Positions 26,149 through 36,494 of a stretch of DNA of 64,000 nucleotides are shown here, one piece after another (positions within the stretch are counted from its first letter, which is position 1; every line of letters begins with the position of its first letter). Origin of the DNA: an uncultured virus (IMG/VR IMGVR_UViG_3300042898_003801) (taxonomy: Duplodnaviria; Heunggongvirae; Uroviricota; Caudoviricetes); IMG/VR virus record IMGVR_UViG_3300042898_003801, positions 1 to 64,000 of that record. One strand, written 5' to 3'. A program made the translations under genes and the position numbers. The notes under the pieces are model-generated. The model worked only from the letters and a program-made list of their open reading frames with translations, did no database searches and was not told where the DNA came from.

Positions 26149-28722
26149 ATGTCACAACCAGTTTGGGTAACACAACCAGGCAGTTTAGGAACAATTCCAG
26201 AAGGAGTATTTTACTCTATTCCATTGGTTGCTGTTGCACCTGCTGACACAGTCTACTATCAAGTGATTGCTGGTGCCTTGCCCACTGGAATGTTTGTGAA
26301 TGAATCGGGTATACTGGGTGGCAATCCATCTGCGCAGGCCACTGCACAGGGTGTTCCTGCACCAGTGCCCATTGATATCACCAGCAAATTTGCCGTCAGA
26401 GCCTACACCGAAAAAGTTATTGCAGGACGCACTGTGATTGATCGACTAGCAGATCGAACATTTACTATCACAGTCACAGGCCAAAATACACCAGTGTTTG
26501 TGACTCCGCCCGGAACCATTGCAACCTATTACGATGGCACACAAGTTAGTGATCTACAGGTGCAAGTGTTTACTCCAGATATCTATGCTGAGGAAGTGGT
26601 AACACTGATCAGTGGATCTCTCCCTCCTGGGTTAACCATATCAACATCTGGAATCATTTCCGGATATGTTGGTGAAAACACCACTGTTACTCCTACTCCA
26701 ACGGAGACCAATTATCCGTTTACTCTCAGAGTCACCAATGGCGTAGCCGGTGATGTGCGAGCGTTTAATATTCTTGTTTATGCTCGCTCTGCAATGACAG
26801 CAGACAACACAGTAATCACTGCAGACAATACCTTTATAACTGCAGATGTTAGCCCACAAATTCCGCCAATTATACTAACACCCACTGGATCCATTGGCAC
26901 AACAAGAAGCAACAATTTCTACACATTTCAATTCACAGGTGTTGATTTCAATGATCAAGCATTTCAATTCATAGCTAATACTACTCCAACAGGGTTGACT
27001 CTGGATCCTAATTCAGGATGGTTGTACGGATATATTCCACCATTGGGCTTGGCATCCATAACATACCCGTTTTCAGTCAGAGTTTACGAAACTGCCAACC
27101 CAGATGTTATCAGTAATCCTTATAATTACAGTTTAACTGTGACTGGGCCGTTAAGCGGCGAAGTCACTTGGTTAACACCTAGTAATTTAGGCACAATAGA
27201 CAATGGTACAACCAGTACACTTTATGTGGCAGCAATCAGTGCATCTGGATTGAGTCTGCAGTATCAACTGGTGTCGGGCAGCGCCAGCAGATTACCACAA
27301 GGTCTTGAATTGTTAACATCAGGCGACATAGCCGGACGTGTGAGTTTTGATACATTTGCTCTGGATGGTGGTACCACTACATTTGATGTTACAACTAATC
27401 CATTGTACAATACTGTTATAAATCCTGCAACCAGTACCACCGAAACAACATTTGATCTTAGCTGTACATTTACAGTCAATGCCTTCAGTGTCAATGGTGT
27501 AGTGAATGCCACGCAGACATTTACCATAACAGTGATACGCCAATTCAATGAACCTTTTGACAATCTGTACATACAGGCCATGCCTCCGCAGAATGACCGA
27601 ACATTTGTAAACACATTCTTACAAAATTCCACTATATTCCCACCAAGTTCTATTTACAGATACAATGATCCCAACTTTGGTGTTGCACGTAATATTTTTT
27701 ATTATCATGCCTATGGGCTAACTGCAGCCACGCTAGATGACTATGTGTCCAGTTTGAATTTGAATCACTATTGGAAAAATTTAGTTCTAGGCAGCATACA
27801 AACTGCACAGGCTTTGGATGACAATGGAAACATTTTATACGAAATAGTTTATAGTAAGATCATTGACGATCTTGTGAACAATCAAGGCCAAAGTGTGGGC
27901 AAAGAAGTTACACTGGCATACCCTGTACAGGGTGCAGACAGCACAGAAATTACCACAGTGTATCCCAACAGCTTGGTCAACATGCGAACCCAGGTTATTG
28001 ATGTTGTTGGACAAGTCAGTAATGTACTACCTCGTTGGATGGTCAGCAAACAAACAAACGGCCAGGTACTGGGTTTTATTCCTGCCTGGGTAATTGCCTA
28101 CTGTAAACCCGGACAAAGCGGACAGATTGCCTACAATATTAAAACTGCCATTGGTGATGCACTTAATGTGGTTGATTACCAAGTTGATAGATACGAGTTA
28201 GATAATTTATTAACTAAAAATTGGAATAGAGAAGAACAACAATGGATTCCAACACCACCAAGTTGGGTAAGTTTTGATGTACAATGCCACTATCAATTGC
28301 CAGTGCCAAATGATTCCAGTTTGATATTTACAGGCGGAATAAATTATGCCGTCGGAGACCGCATACGTATCCTGGGTAGCCAGATTGGCGGAGTCAATGG
28401 TGTGTATAACCCTGATCTAGATGAATATGGCAACAATGTAATAATCACCGTGGAACAAGTGGACGAATTCGGTACCATACAACAAGCCCGTGCCCAGGGT
28501 CTAGCACCGTTGAATTCCGCAGGAGAACTTTTTTACAATATTGTAGGCACAAACATCACAGGTACAGGTACAGGTGCAACTTGGGATATAGAAACAGTGC
28601 CAGGCGTGGCCACCACGTTTGACGGCAATAGCATGCAGTTTACTGCACCAGTAGATATGTATTCAAACACTCAAGCCTACGATAAATACCTTGTATTCCC
28701 CAAACGGAACATTTTAGAATAA
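26149..28722 (+). CDS. Baseplate/virion structural protein with Ig-like repeats
   Basis: Repeated W.T..G.LGT, G.LP.GL....G.I.G, TTFD motifs; ends DKYLVFPK. Confidence 0.7.
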   Translation: MSQPVWVTQPGSLGTIPEGVFYSIPLVAVAPADTVYYQVIAGALPTGMFVNESGILGGNPSAQATAQGVPAPVPIDITSKFAVRAYTEKVIAGRTVIDRLADRTFTITVTGQNTPVFVTPPGTIATYYDGTQVSDLQVQVFTPDIYAEEVVTLISGSLPPGLTISTSGIISGYVGENTTVTPTPTETNYPFTLRVTNGVAGDVRAFNILVYARSAMTADNTVITADNTFITADVSPQIPPIILTPTGSIGTTRSNNFYTFQFTGVDFNDQAFQFIANTTPTGLTLDPNSGWLYGYIPPLGLASITYPFSVRVYETANPDVISNPYNYSLTVTGPLSGEVTWLTPSNLGTIDNGTTSTLYVAAISASGLSLQYQLVSGSASRLPQGLELLTSGDIAGRVSFDTFALDGGTTTFDVTTNPLYNTVINPATSTTETTFDLSCTFTVNAFSVNGVVNATQTFTITVIRQFNEPFDNLYIQAMPPQNDRTFVNTFLQNSTIFPPSSIYRYNDPNFGVARNIFYYHAYGLTAATLDDYVSSLNLNHYWKNLVLGSIQTAQALDDNGNILYEIVYSKIIDDLVNNQGQSVGKEVTLAYPVQGADSTEITTVYPNSLVNMRTQVIDVVGQVSNVLPRWMVSKQTNGQVLGFIPAWVIAYCKPGQSGQIAYNIKTAIGDALNVVDYQVDRYELDNLLTKNWNREEQQWIPTPPSWVSFDVQCHYQLPVPNDSSLIFTGGINYAVGDRIRILGSQIGGVNGVYNPDLDEYGNNVIITVEQVDEFGTIQQARAQGLAPLNSAGELFYNIVGTNITGTGTGATWDIETVPGVATTFDGNSMQFTAPVDMYSNTQAYDKYLVFPKRNILE

Positions 28723-28734
28723 ACAGGACACATT

Positions 28735-29628
28735 ATGACCAGTGCAATTAACCCAAACAACATCGACGGCGCTTATCCAGTGGCCGGACAGGACAACAAC
28801 AGTCAAGGTTTTCGTGACAACTTCACCAACACTTCGACTAATTTTCAATATGCAGCCAATGAAATAACTGCGTTACAAAATAATTCTGTGCTAACAACAG
28901 ACCTTGCAACCAGTACTCAACCTGTGTTTAATAACTTGTTGGCTAGCACAATAAGCAATGGCTTTTTGCAAAATATGTACACACCATTGGTTGCATTGGG
29001 TACCCTCAGCGGCGCAGTGACCATGAACTATGCACTTGGGTCGTTTCAAACGCTGACCACCAGTGGTGCAATAACATTGGGATTCAGCAATTTTCCAGCT
29101 GCTGCTAAAGTTGCAACCATGGCACTGCAAATTACTATTGTCAGTACCGCACATACACTACAATTACCTGCTGCGGTCACAGTTAATAATGCCGGTATAC
29201 AAGGCATCAATACGTCCACCAACATCATAACGTTTGCTGCAGTAGGAACATATGTTTTCCAATTTACCACTAGCAATGGTGGTTCAACTGTGTCTGTTGC
29301 CCAGGCCAATGAACAGATCACACCTTTTAACAATAGCTCAGAAGATCTGGCTCCAAGCACAGGTGCAAGCCTGGCCACTACTGCAAGTTATTTTACCACT
29401 GCAGGCACTGAAGCAGCAACATTGGCAGCAGGCGTTGCAGGACAAATCAAAACTTTTAGTGCAGTGGATATCACTGCTGGCAACATGGTCATTACTGTGA
29501 CCAATGCAGGGTGGAAATCGTCTGGAACTGGTACAATCACATTCAGCACAAGAGGATCTGGGTGTACCTTGCAGTATGTCAACTCCAAATGGTTCTGTAT
29601 TGGCAATAACGGTGCAGCGTTTGCTTAA
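28735..29628 (+). CDS. Virion structural protein
   Basis: YPVAGQDNNSQGFRDNF N-terminus; TAAATA upstream. Confidence 0.7.
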   Translation: MTSAINPNNIDGAYPVAGQDNNSQGFRDNFTNTSTNFQYAANEITALQNNSVLTTDLATSTQPVFNNLLASTISNGFLQNMYTPLVALGTLSGAVTMNYALGSFQTLTTSGAITLGFSNFPAAAKVATMALQITIVSTAHTLQLPAAVTVNNAGIQGINTSTNIITFAAVGTYVFQFTTSNGGSTVSVAQANEQITPFNNSSEDLAPSTGASLATTASYFTTAGTEAATLAAGVAGQIKTFSAVDITAGNMVITVTNAGWKSSGTGTITFSTRGSGCTLQYVNSKWFCIGNNGAAFA

Positions 29629-29637
29629 CCAAACCCG

Positions 29638-29666
29638 TTGACTAACAGTCAACACTGTTGTACAAT
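29638..29666 (+). promoter_or_regulatory. sigma70-type promoter
   Basis: TTGACT-17nt-TACAAT, ATG 6 nt later. Confidence 0.7.
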
Positions 29667-29672
29667 TAGTAG

Positions 29673-29894
29673 ATGGAACATCCGTTAATCTCTAATTTAA
29701 ATGATCTAACAGAAGAACAACTGTTAGAAAAAATTACCGAACTACAGAAAAAATTAAGCATTGCTTATCGCACAGGCAATGCTGATCTTTGCAATCAAAT
29801 ACGCATGGCCATTGAAAGTTTTCAAACCAAATATCAAGATAAAATACGGCGAGATGACAACAACAACTTTGACGAAATAATCAACATTTCATGA
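29673..29894 (+). CDS. Hypothetical coiled-coil protein
   Basis: MEHPL...; coupled to next gene. Confidence 0.65.
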   Translation: MEHPLISNLNDLTEEQLLEKITELQKKLSIAYRTGNADLCNQIRMAIESFQTKYQDKIRRDDNNNFDEIINIS

Positions 29895-30496
29895 ACGCAA
29901 GAATTTCAACAGATCTCCATTTCATTGCCGGAGTGTATTACGACGGAGTCCTGCAGATGAATTCCTACATACTAAAACTCTGGATGATGACTTGCACTGC
30001 TGACGCCGAAAGTCATAACATAGCATTTGAGCGAATAAAATATTTTGTGTACAATCAACTTGACAGTTCAATTTTGATCAACAGTGAGCACCAAGAACAG
30101 TGTGAAAAATTTGTTGCAGCAGGACTAAAAGTAACCACAATGCCCACAGAACCAGTTGATCAATTGGTGGGGATTATGTTATACTACAAGCTCAACTCCA
30201 TAATGGAAGGTCGAATAACTGTGGCAGAAACTGAAATAAGCAGTACTCTAGGCGATGCTATGGTTTATCTACATAATGAAATAGAAAATCTAGAAATAGA
30301 CAATCAGCCAGATTGGTGGAAATCTGCAGACCTTGATCACTGTGACACTGATCTACTAGACACTGACAAAATAGTATCAATGCCACATTTGCAATCATGG
30401 AAAAAATTAGATCTAGATTGGCCTGCCACTGTGGATCAAAACACAGTTGGAAACACTGTGGTATTTGCAGATTTTAGCAAGAATGATACAGAATAA
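29891..30496 (+). CDS. Hypothetical protein
   Basis: 201 aa ORF coupled on both sides. Confidence 0.65.
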   Translation: MNARISTDLHFIAGVYYDGVLQMNSYILKLWMMTCTADAESHNIAFERIKYFVYNQLDSSILINSEHQEQCEKFVAAGLKVTTMPTEPVDQLVGIMLYYKLNSIMEGRITVAETEISSTLGDAMVYLHNEIENLEIDNQPDWWKSADLDHCDTDLLDTDKIVSMPHLQSWKKLDLDWPATVDQNTVGNTVVFADFSKNDTE

Positions 30497-31007
30497 ATTT
30501 GGTGAAATGATATTTGATGAAACAGACATATGTGATCTGTTGATGCAAGGACGTGATTTTAAAAGTCTCAAAGGTATGTTGGTTGATAGTTCAGTGGATA
30601 TTGAAAAAATAGTAAGTTTTGTTGAAAATTTTCCAGACACTTTAGTTCATTATAAATTTGATAGTGAAAACAGTACAGCAGTTCCGGACTGGGATAGGGT
30701 TCAACAACAGACTTGGTTCATGCCTGATGAATATCGTCAGTTAGATATTGCTCAATTTGTGTTAGATCTGTGCACCGGCGAGTCAGAGCTACAACGATGT
30801 GGAGAAGAATTGTTGTTGTATCAAGAACGCAGTTTATTTCCTTTGTTACAGTATCTAAAATATCTAGTGGATGTTATGACTCAAAATCAAGTGATCTGGG
30901 GAGTTGGCAGAGGATCCAGCGTGGCCAGTTTTGTATTGTACAAATTAAAGGTTCATCGCATTGACAGTTTGTACTATAATTTAGATGTATGCGAATTTTT
31001 GCGTTAA
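30483..31007 (+). CDS. DNA polymerase III alpha (DnaE)-like fragment
   Basis: R..EEL..Y...L.YLVD......WGVGRGSSVAS.VLY.L.V..ID...Y.L...FL. Confidence 0.75.
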   Translation: MIQNKFGEMIFDETDICDLLMQGRDFKSLKGMLVDSSVDIEKIVSFVENFPDTLVHYKFDSENSTAVPDWDRVQQQTWFMPDEYRQLDIAQFVLDLCTGESELQRCGEELLLYQERSLFPLLQYLKYLVDVMTQNQVIWGVGRGSSVASFVLYKLKVHRIDSLYYNLDVCEFLR

Positions 31008-31034
31008 ATATGCAATCGTTTAAAGGAAATAATT

Positions 31035-31508
31035 ATGACCAATAGAACTTATAAAACAGCCCAAGGAAAAACAGTTGATTTGGGTCAACTTATATTAAAA
31101 AATGAAACTGTTAGGGCAGTGGGCAACATGAATGTCAATGCACGTGGCGATCTATTAGACAGTTCAAATCGAGTTATTGATTCTAAAAATCAACAAATAC
31201 AACGCCAACATCAACAACAAATTGTCAACAATGTGTCTGACCGAACTGTGCATACCAGTAATGTACATGCTAGACGAGCCAGAAAAGCCGCGCAACAAGA
31301 TACGCCCACAGTTGATACTGACCTTGAAGATGCACCAGTGGACATTGTGCCCGAGATAACACCTGAGCCCGTGGATACAACTCCAGTTGATACTGCACCC
31401 GGCGGTGGACTGGCAGCAGCCATTGCTCGATCAAGAACAGTGGTACAAGAAAAAGAAAAAACACCAAGAGAAATCAAACAATTCAAACCCGGAGTAAACA
31501 GAATTTAA
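31035..31508 (+). CDS. Hypothetical late protein
   Basis: YKTAQGK.VD...AVGNMNVNARGD; TAAATA and RBS upstream. Confidence 0.7.
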   Translation: MTNRTYKTAQGKTVDLGQLILKNETVRAVGNMNVNARGDLLDSSNRVIDSKNQQIQRQHQQQIVNNVSDRTVHTSNVHARRARKAAQQDTPTVDTDLEDAPVDIVPEITPEPVDTTPVDTAPGGGLAAAIARSRTVVQEKEKTPREIKQFKPGVNRI

Positions 31509-31510
31509 CC

Positions 31511-31897
31511 ATGACAAAACTAGCATTTGCGCCGCACCGATTTAACAAATCACAAATACATCCATTGAACAACAGTGTCATAGTGTCTGACATGTTGTTT
31601 GATCAACGCATCACAAGTGGAGGAATTATCCTACCCAATGATAACGGCACAGGATCTGGTATTCGTCCACGCTGGGGTCAGGTGTATGCCATTGGTCCAG
31701 ATCAACTGGATGTCAAAATAGGACAATGGATCTGTGTAGCGCACGGTCGCTGGACTCGAGGTATTGATATTGAGGATGAAGATGGAAAGAAAACTCTGCG
31801 CAGAATTGACCCTGACGATATCTTAATGGTGTCTGACACTTTTGTGGAAGACGATACCATGAGTGATGCAGTCAACGTGACCAAGAAAGAACGCTAA
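31511..31897 (+). CDS. groES: GroES-like co-chaperonin
   Basis: PL...VIV...TSGGIILP...G.VYAIGP....VKIG...DIL. Confidence 0.8.
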   Translation: MTKLAFAPHRFNKSQIHPLNNSVIVSDMLFDQRITSGGIILPNDNGTGSGIRPRWGQVYAIGPDQLDVKIGQWICVAHGRWTRGIDIEDEDGKKTLRRIDPDDILMVSDTFVEDDTMSDAVNVTKKER

Positions 31898-31900
31898 CTC

Positions 31901-32983
31901 ATGTATGCCAATGGCATAGAAAAAGTCGAAATAGAACTGACCACACGATGTAATGCATCATGTCCGCAATGTTCAAGAAATTATTTCGGAGGAAAAGTTT
32001 GGCCAACGCTACCAATTGTTGATTTAAAATTAAGTGTTTTAAAAGAAAAACTTAGTAAATCATTTTTATCAACTTTAAAACAAATTGATTTAATAGGAAC
32101 CTATGGTGATCCTTGCATACACAAAGATTTAATAGCCATTGTAACATGGATACATGAATCCACAGATGCCAAAATAGTTATCAGTACCAATGGTAGTTTG
32201 CGCAGCACTGATTGGTGGCACAAGCTTGGCAGTACACTGCGATCGCAAGATCGTGTGCTGTTTGGAATTGACGGACTAGAAGACACTAATCATTTGTATA
32301 GAAAAGGTACTAACTTTAAAAAAATTATTGCCAATATGACTGCATTTAATAATGCAGGTGGAAAAAGCATTTGGAGCTATGTTGTATTTCAACACAACGA
32401 GCATCAAATTGACAAGGCAAAAAAACTAAGTGAGGAATTGAATTGTTATGGTTTTGCAGTAAAACCCACCAACAGATTTGTAAACAAACAACACAACTTA
32501 ATTGAAAATTTTCCAGTTGTAAATAAAAATGGAAAAACAATTTATTGGTTGCAACCTCCTACAAATACTGCATATATTAATCCAGGTTACAAAAAGTATA
32601 AAGGACTCAACGAAGGTCCTGGTGATTACAATAACTATTTAAAAAATACTCAAATTGATTGTTTTGGAGTAAAAATTAAATATGTTGTAATTTCTGCCGA
32701 AGGATATGTTTTTCCGTGTGGATGGTTGCAGGACAGACTGTATGGATATGAAGCAGAATCGCACCCTGACAGGCAACGGTTACTTGATCTAATAGAAAAA
32801 TCGGGCGGGTTTGACAGTATTAATATACGTTACAAATCTGTAACTGAAATTCTTGCTGGTGATTTTTTTAAAAGTATTAAAGATTCATGGACCAATGAAT
32901 ATCGTCTTGATAGATGTGCCAATCAATGCGGTGCACACAATTTATTTGGTGCATCTTATAATAATATTAAAGAACTGTTATGA
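31901..32983 (+). CDS. Radical SAM enzyme with C-terminal Cys (twitch/SPASM-like) domain
   Basis: CNASCPQC, GDP, STNG, GIDG, VFPC, C..QC. Confidence 0.88.
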   Translation: MYANGIEKVEIELTTRCNASCPQCSRNYFGGKVWPTLPIVDLKLSVLKEKLSKSFLSTLKQIDLIGTYGDPCIHKDLIAIVTWIHESTDAKIVISTNGSLRSTDWWHKLGSTLRSQDRVLFGIDGLEDTNHLYRKGTNFKKIIANMTAFNNAGGKSIWSYVVFQHNEHQIDKAKKLSEELNCYGFAVKPTNRFVNKQHNLIENFPVVNKNGKTIYWLQPPTNTAYINPGYKKYKGLNEGPGDYNNYLKNTQIDCFGVKIKYVVISAEGYVFPCGWLQDRLYGYEAESHPDRQRLLDLIEKSGGFDSINIRYKSVTEILAGDFFKSIKDSWTNEYRLDRCANQCGAHNLFGASYNNIKELL

Positions 32984-33522
32984 CTACAGTAGCACTGGTA
33001 GGCGGTGGCGATTTGGCCGACGTTTTTTGTGAAAAAAATAAAAACAACTACAAGATTAAAATTTATACACATAGCAATTTTGACATAACTGATCAAGATA
33101 ATTGCAACGCACTGGTTGATCAGCTGTTAGATTTCCATGCAATTGTTATCACAGCAGGATACATGGGCAATGATATATGGAAAATGTGGCTAACCAACAC
33201 AGTAGGACCGTCGTATATAATTAATAAATTGATTGAAAAAAATTATAGTGGACATGTTATAGTGATATCGAGCAATGCGGGAAACTGGACCAGTTGGCCA
33301 GATATTGATCTTACTAGATTATCCTATAATAATACAAAAAATGCAATAAGCAATTTTGTACACGGAGTAAAACAAAAAAACTATAAAGGAAAATATTCCG
33401 TGATTGAGCCATCAAAATTTAAATCGTCAATGAGTAATTTTCAAGGTCATGATATCAACACAATCGTCAATGTGTTGGAATTCATGCTAGCCAATGATAC
33501 AATTTGGAATGTAAAAATTTAA
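32980..33522 (+). CDS. Short-chain dehydrogenase/reductase-like protein
   Basis: VGGG, ITAG, ISS, YNNTK (YxxxK). Confidence 0.7.
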   Translation: MTTVALVGGGDLADVFCEKNKNNYKIKIYTHSNFDITDQDNCNALVDQLLDFHAIVITAGYMGNDIWKMWLTNTVGPSYIINKLIEKNYSGHVIVISSNAGNWTSWPDIDLTRLSYNNTKNAISNFVHGVKQKNYKGKYSVIEPSKFKSSMSNFQGHDINTIVNVLEFMLANDTIWNVKI

Positions 33523-33523
33523 T

Positions 33524-33745
33524 ATGGGATTTCAGAAACCTGATTTGTTTAAAGCACAGTATGCTATTCAAAAAACTTTGGGCGAAATACATAGCCCCTA
33601 CAACGATGGATGGACAGCCTCCGGTTGCAAACAAGAACTTTATATGTTAAAATGTTGGTTAGAAGATGAATATAATCAACTTCCAAAATTTTCAGGAGAA
33701 GAAAAATGGGAACAGGAACGTATAGTAGAGTTATTAAGGAAATAG
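33524..33745 (+). CDS. Hypothetical protein
   Basis: SPYNDGWTAS.CK motif. Confidence 0.6.
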   Translation: MGFQKPDLFKAQYAIQKTLGEIHSPYNDGWTASGCKQELYMLKCWLEDEYNQLPKFSGEEKWEQERIVELLRK

Positions 33746-33746
33746 T

Positions 33747-34664
33747 ATGAAAGCGTTATGGACAGAGTTGTATAGGCCCAACACACTAGATGGCTATGTA
33801 TTTAAAGATACCGCACAACGAGAACAAATAGAAAGTTGGGTACGAGAAGGATCAATTCCGCATTTGTTATTTTCTGGTGCGCCTGGCGTAGGAAAAACCA
33901 CACTGGCTAAAATTTTAATTAATCTACTAGACATTGACACATATGACGTCCTGGAAATCAATGCCAGTCGAGAAAATTCAGTGGACACAATTCGTGACAA
34001 GATCACAGGATTTGTACAGACCATGCCATTTGGCCAATTCAAAGTGGTACTGTTAGACGAAGCAGATTATATCACACCCAATGGGCAAGCAGCTCTACGC
34101 GGAGTCATGGAAACATATCATGCGTCGGCTCGATTCATACTTACTTGCAATTACCCTAATCGGGTTATTCCTGCTCTGCACAGTCGGTGTCAAGGATTTC
34201 ACATTGACAGAATTGATCTCACTGAATTTACTGCTCGTATTGCCACTGTTCTTGTGGAGGAACATGTGGAGTTTGAGTTAGATACCCTAGACACTTATGT
34301 GAGATCAACTTATCCAGATTTGCGTAAATGCTTAAACACCTGTCAGATGAATTCTACCACAGGTACATTGATAGCGCCACAAAATACTGGCGTCGGATCA
34401 CAAGACTGGAAATTGTCAGCAGTAGATTTGTTTAAAACAGGTCGCATACTTGAAGCTCGAAAGCTCATGTGTGCTAATGCTCGAGCAGAAGAAATGGAAG
34501 AAATGTTTCGTTGGTTGTATGACAATTTAGATCTTTGGGGGAAAGACCAAGAAACACAGGATCAAGCAATTATCATTATTCGTCAAGGATACGTTAATGT
34601 TCCATTGGTGGCGGATCAAGAGATAAATTTGAGCGCAACATTATGTGAGTTGTCAAGACTATGA
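33747..34664 (+). CDS. Clamp loader AAA+ subunit (RFC small/T4 gp44-like)
   Basis: W.E.YRP, GAPGVGKTT, INAS, DEAD, SRC. Confidence 0.93.
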   Translation: MKALWTELYRPNTLDGYVFKDTAQREQIESWVREGSIPHLLFSGAPGVGKTTLAKILINLLDIDTYDVLEINASRENSVDTIRDKITGFVQTMPFGQFKVVLLDEADYITPNGQAALRGVMETYHASARFILTCNYPNRVIPALHSRCQGFHIDRIDLTEFTARIATVLVEEHVEFELDTLDTYVRSTYPDLRKCLNTCQMNSTTGTLIAPQNTGVGSQDWKLSAVDLFKTGRILEARKLMCANARAEEMEEMFRWLYDNLDLWGKDQETQDQAIIIIRQGYVNVPLVADQEINLSATLCELSRL

Positions 34665-34972
34665 GATATATGATTTTAACTTATTTCAAACAGGCATCTG
34701 GTAAAATTGATGAGGTCATGTCGTTGTCTAAACGAATAAAGCCCACAGATTTACAAACGGCAAGTATCATACTTGACTTTCGTGATCAAGTTGTGCTAAA
34801 ATGTATGATAGACGGCAAATCAATGCCCCGTGATTGGGACACAATTGTTTCTTATTATTACGAGCACTACAAATCAATCATGGAACGATTATTTAAGGAA
34901 AATGGACATGAACTTAAAATGGAAGAAAAGCCAGTTGAACAAACAACTGGCAATGCAGTTCCAACAGAATAA
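34661..34972 (+). CDS. Hypothetical protein
   Basis: Coupled to clamp loader gene. Confidence 0.65.
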   Translation: MRYMILTYFKQASGKIDEVMSLSKRIKPTDLQTASIILDFRDQVVLKCMIDGKSMPRDWDTIVSYYYEHYKSIMERLFKENGHELKMEEKPVEQTTGNAVPTE

Positions 34973-34984
34973 GTCGATAAGTCG

Positions 34985-35836
34985 ATGAGTTATTTTAATT
35001 TATTAGTCAAAATACACAAGAATCTTTCATCTCCAGCAAGATCGTGGTATCATGAATCATTGCACAATAAAGACACTTTGTTAATCACAGCTGGGGACAG
35101 TTGGACCTGGGGAGATAGTCTTTTTGACATTGACGCCGAAGCTGGTAAGCAAGATCATCCTGACAGAGTTAATAAAATATATGGTGCATTGCTAGCGAAA
35201 AAACTAGATGCTGATTTTATCAATCTTGCCAAGTGTGCCGGTGCCAATATAGAGTTTTGTGATTGGGTAAAAAGTCTTTTACCAATGGTTGAAACAAAAT
35301 ATAAAAAGATTATTGTGGCAATTACTCTCACCGAGAACTGCCGAGAAGCACATTGGGATAGAGTTTGGGTTCCTGAAGAGCAGCCCAGTCTTGAAGAATA
35401 TTTGTGTGAATACGAAAAAAATATGTTTGAGAATCTTGCTCAGACATTCAAGCAACACAGTTCAATTCAATTTGTAGTTTCTAGAAACTTTACCTACAGT
35501 TTTGACAGTAACATTTCGGTACTCAAGGATTATCTCACTGAAAAAATCTGGGTCGATTGTTTAGCCGAGTATCAGAGCAATCAAGATTATCCCACTGATG
35601 TTAGGTTTCTTTCTAGTATTGCACTGGTGCCATTGCACAAGCTACTCAAAGATATTGACCTATATAAAAAATATAAATTTCAATTTATGAGTTTATATGC
35701 CAGCAGTGAGTTGGCAATCTCATGGTTAGAGAAAAGTAAGTTGAATTACCAAAAAGCCACAAAACACCCAACCGAACTTGGGCATGAGATTTGGGCAGAT
35801 TATCTATACAATACAATCACTGCCCGTTTGCATTGA
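34985..35836 (+). CDS. SGNH-like hydrolase/acyltransferase
   Basis: AGDSWTWG, NLA..GAN, HPTELGH..WA. Confidence 0.7.
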   Translation: MSYFNLLVKIHKNLSSPARSWYHESLHNKDTLLITAGDSWTWGDSLFDIDAEAGKQDHPDRVNKIYGALLAKKLDADFINLAKCAGANIEFCDWVKSLLPMVETKYKKIIVAITLTENCREAHWDRVWVPEEQPSLEEYLCEYEKNMFENLAQTFKQHSSIQFVVSRNFTYSFDSNISVLKDYLTEKIWVDCLAEYQSNQDYPTDVRFLSSIALVPLHKLLKDIDLYKKYKFQFMSLYASSELAISWLEKSKLNYQKATKHPTELGHEIWADYLYNTITARLH

Positions 35837-35861
35837 CTTAATATTATACTTCTGTTATTAT
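35833..35861 (+). promoter_or_regulatory. sigma70-type promoter
   Basis: TTGACT-17nt-TATTAT with TG extension; -35 contains upstream stop. Confidence 0.6.
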
Positions 35862-35882
35862 AAACTACAAAGATGGAGTGAT

Positions 35883-36494
35883 ATGTATAAAGATTTTAAA
35901 AATTCTGACCAATTGATCTTAGTCGACTGCGACGGTGTACTGCTTAATTGGGAGTATGCTTTTGCAATCTGGATGGAATCACATGGATTTGAGTCAGTTC
36001 CGGGTGGTGAATTAAACTACAACATTGGCGAACGTTATAATATCTCTCATGAACAGGGTCGAAAACTGATCAAGATGTTTAATGAAAGCGCCGCAATTGG
36101 TTTTCTTCCACCATTGCGCGATGCCATGTACTATGTTAAAAGATTACACGAAGAACATGGTTATGTTTTTCATTGCATTACCAGTCTTAGCACAGATCCC
36201 AACGCACAGAAATTACGCAAGATGAATCTTGACAAATTGTTTGGCGATACAGTATTTGAAAAGATTGTGTGTTTACCCACAGGTGCTGACAAACACGAAG
36301 CACTCGAGCCTTATAGAGACTCTGGTTGCTGGTGGGTCGAGGACAAGCCCGAAAATGCCGAAGTTGGCCATGCAGTAGGATTAAAATCATTGATCATTGA
36401 GCACGGGCATAACATGCACTATCATAATGAACACATCACGATAGTAAAAAACTGGCGTGATGTGTATCAAATTATCACTGATCAATCAGTGTAA
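35883..36494 (+). CDS. HAD-family 5'(3')-deoxyribonucleotidase-like protein
   Basis: DCDGVLL, ITS, K, VEDK..N. Confidence 0.8.
   Translation: MYKDFKNSDQLILVDCDGVLLNWEYAFAIWMESHGFESVPGGELNYNIGERYNISHEQGRKLIKMFNESAAIGFLPPLRDAMYYVKRLHEEHGYVFHCITSLSTDPNAQKLRKMNLDKLFGDTVFEKIVCLPTGADKHEALEPYRDSGCWWVEDKPENAEVGHAVGLKSLIIEHGHNMHYHNEHITIVKNWRDVYQIITDQSV

Noticed and set aside
30961..30980. TTGACA and TATAAT close together inside the DnaE fragment
   Set aside because: Spacer is only 8 nt, incompatible with a sigma70 promoter
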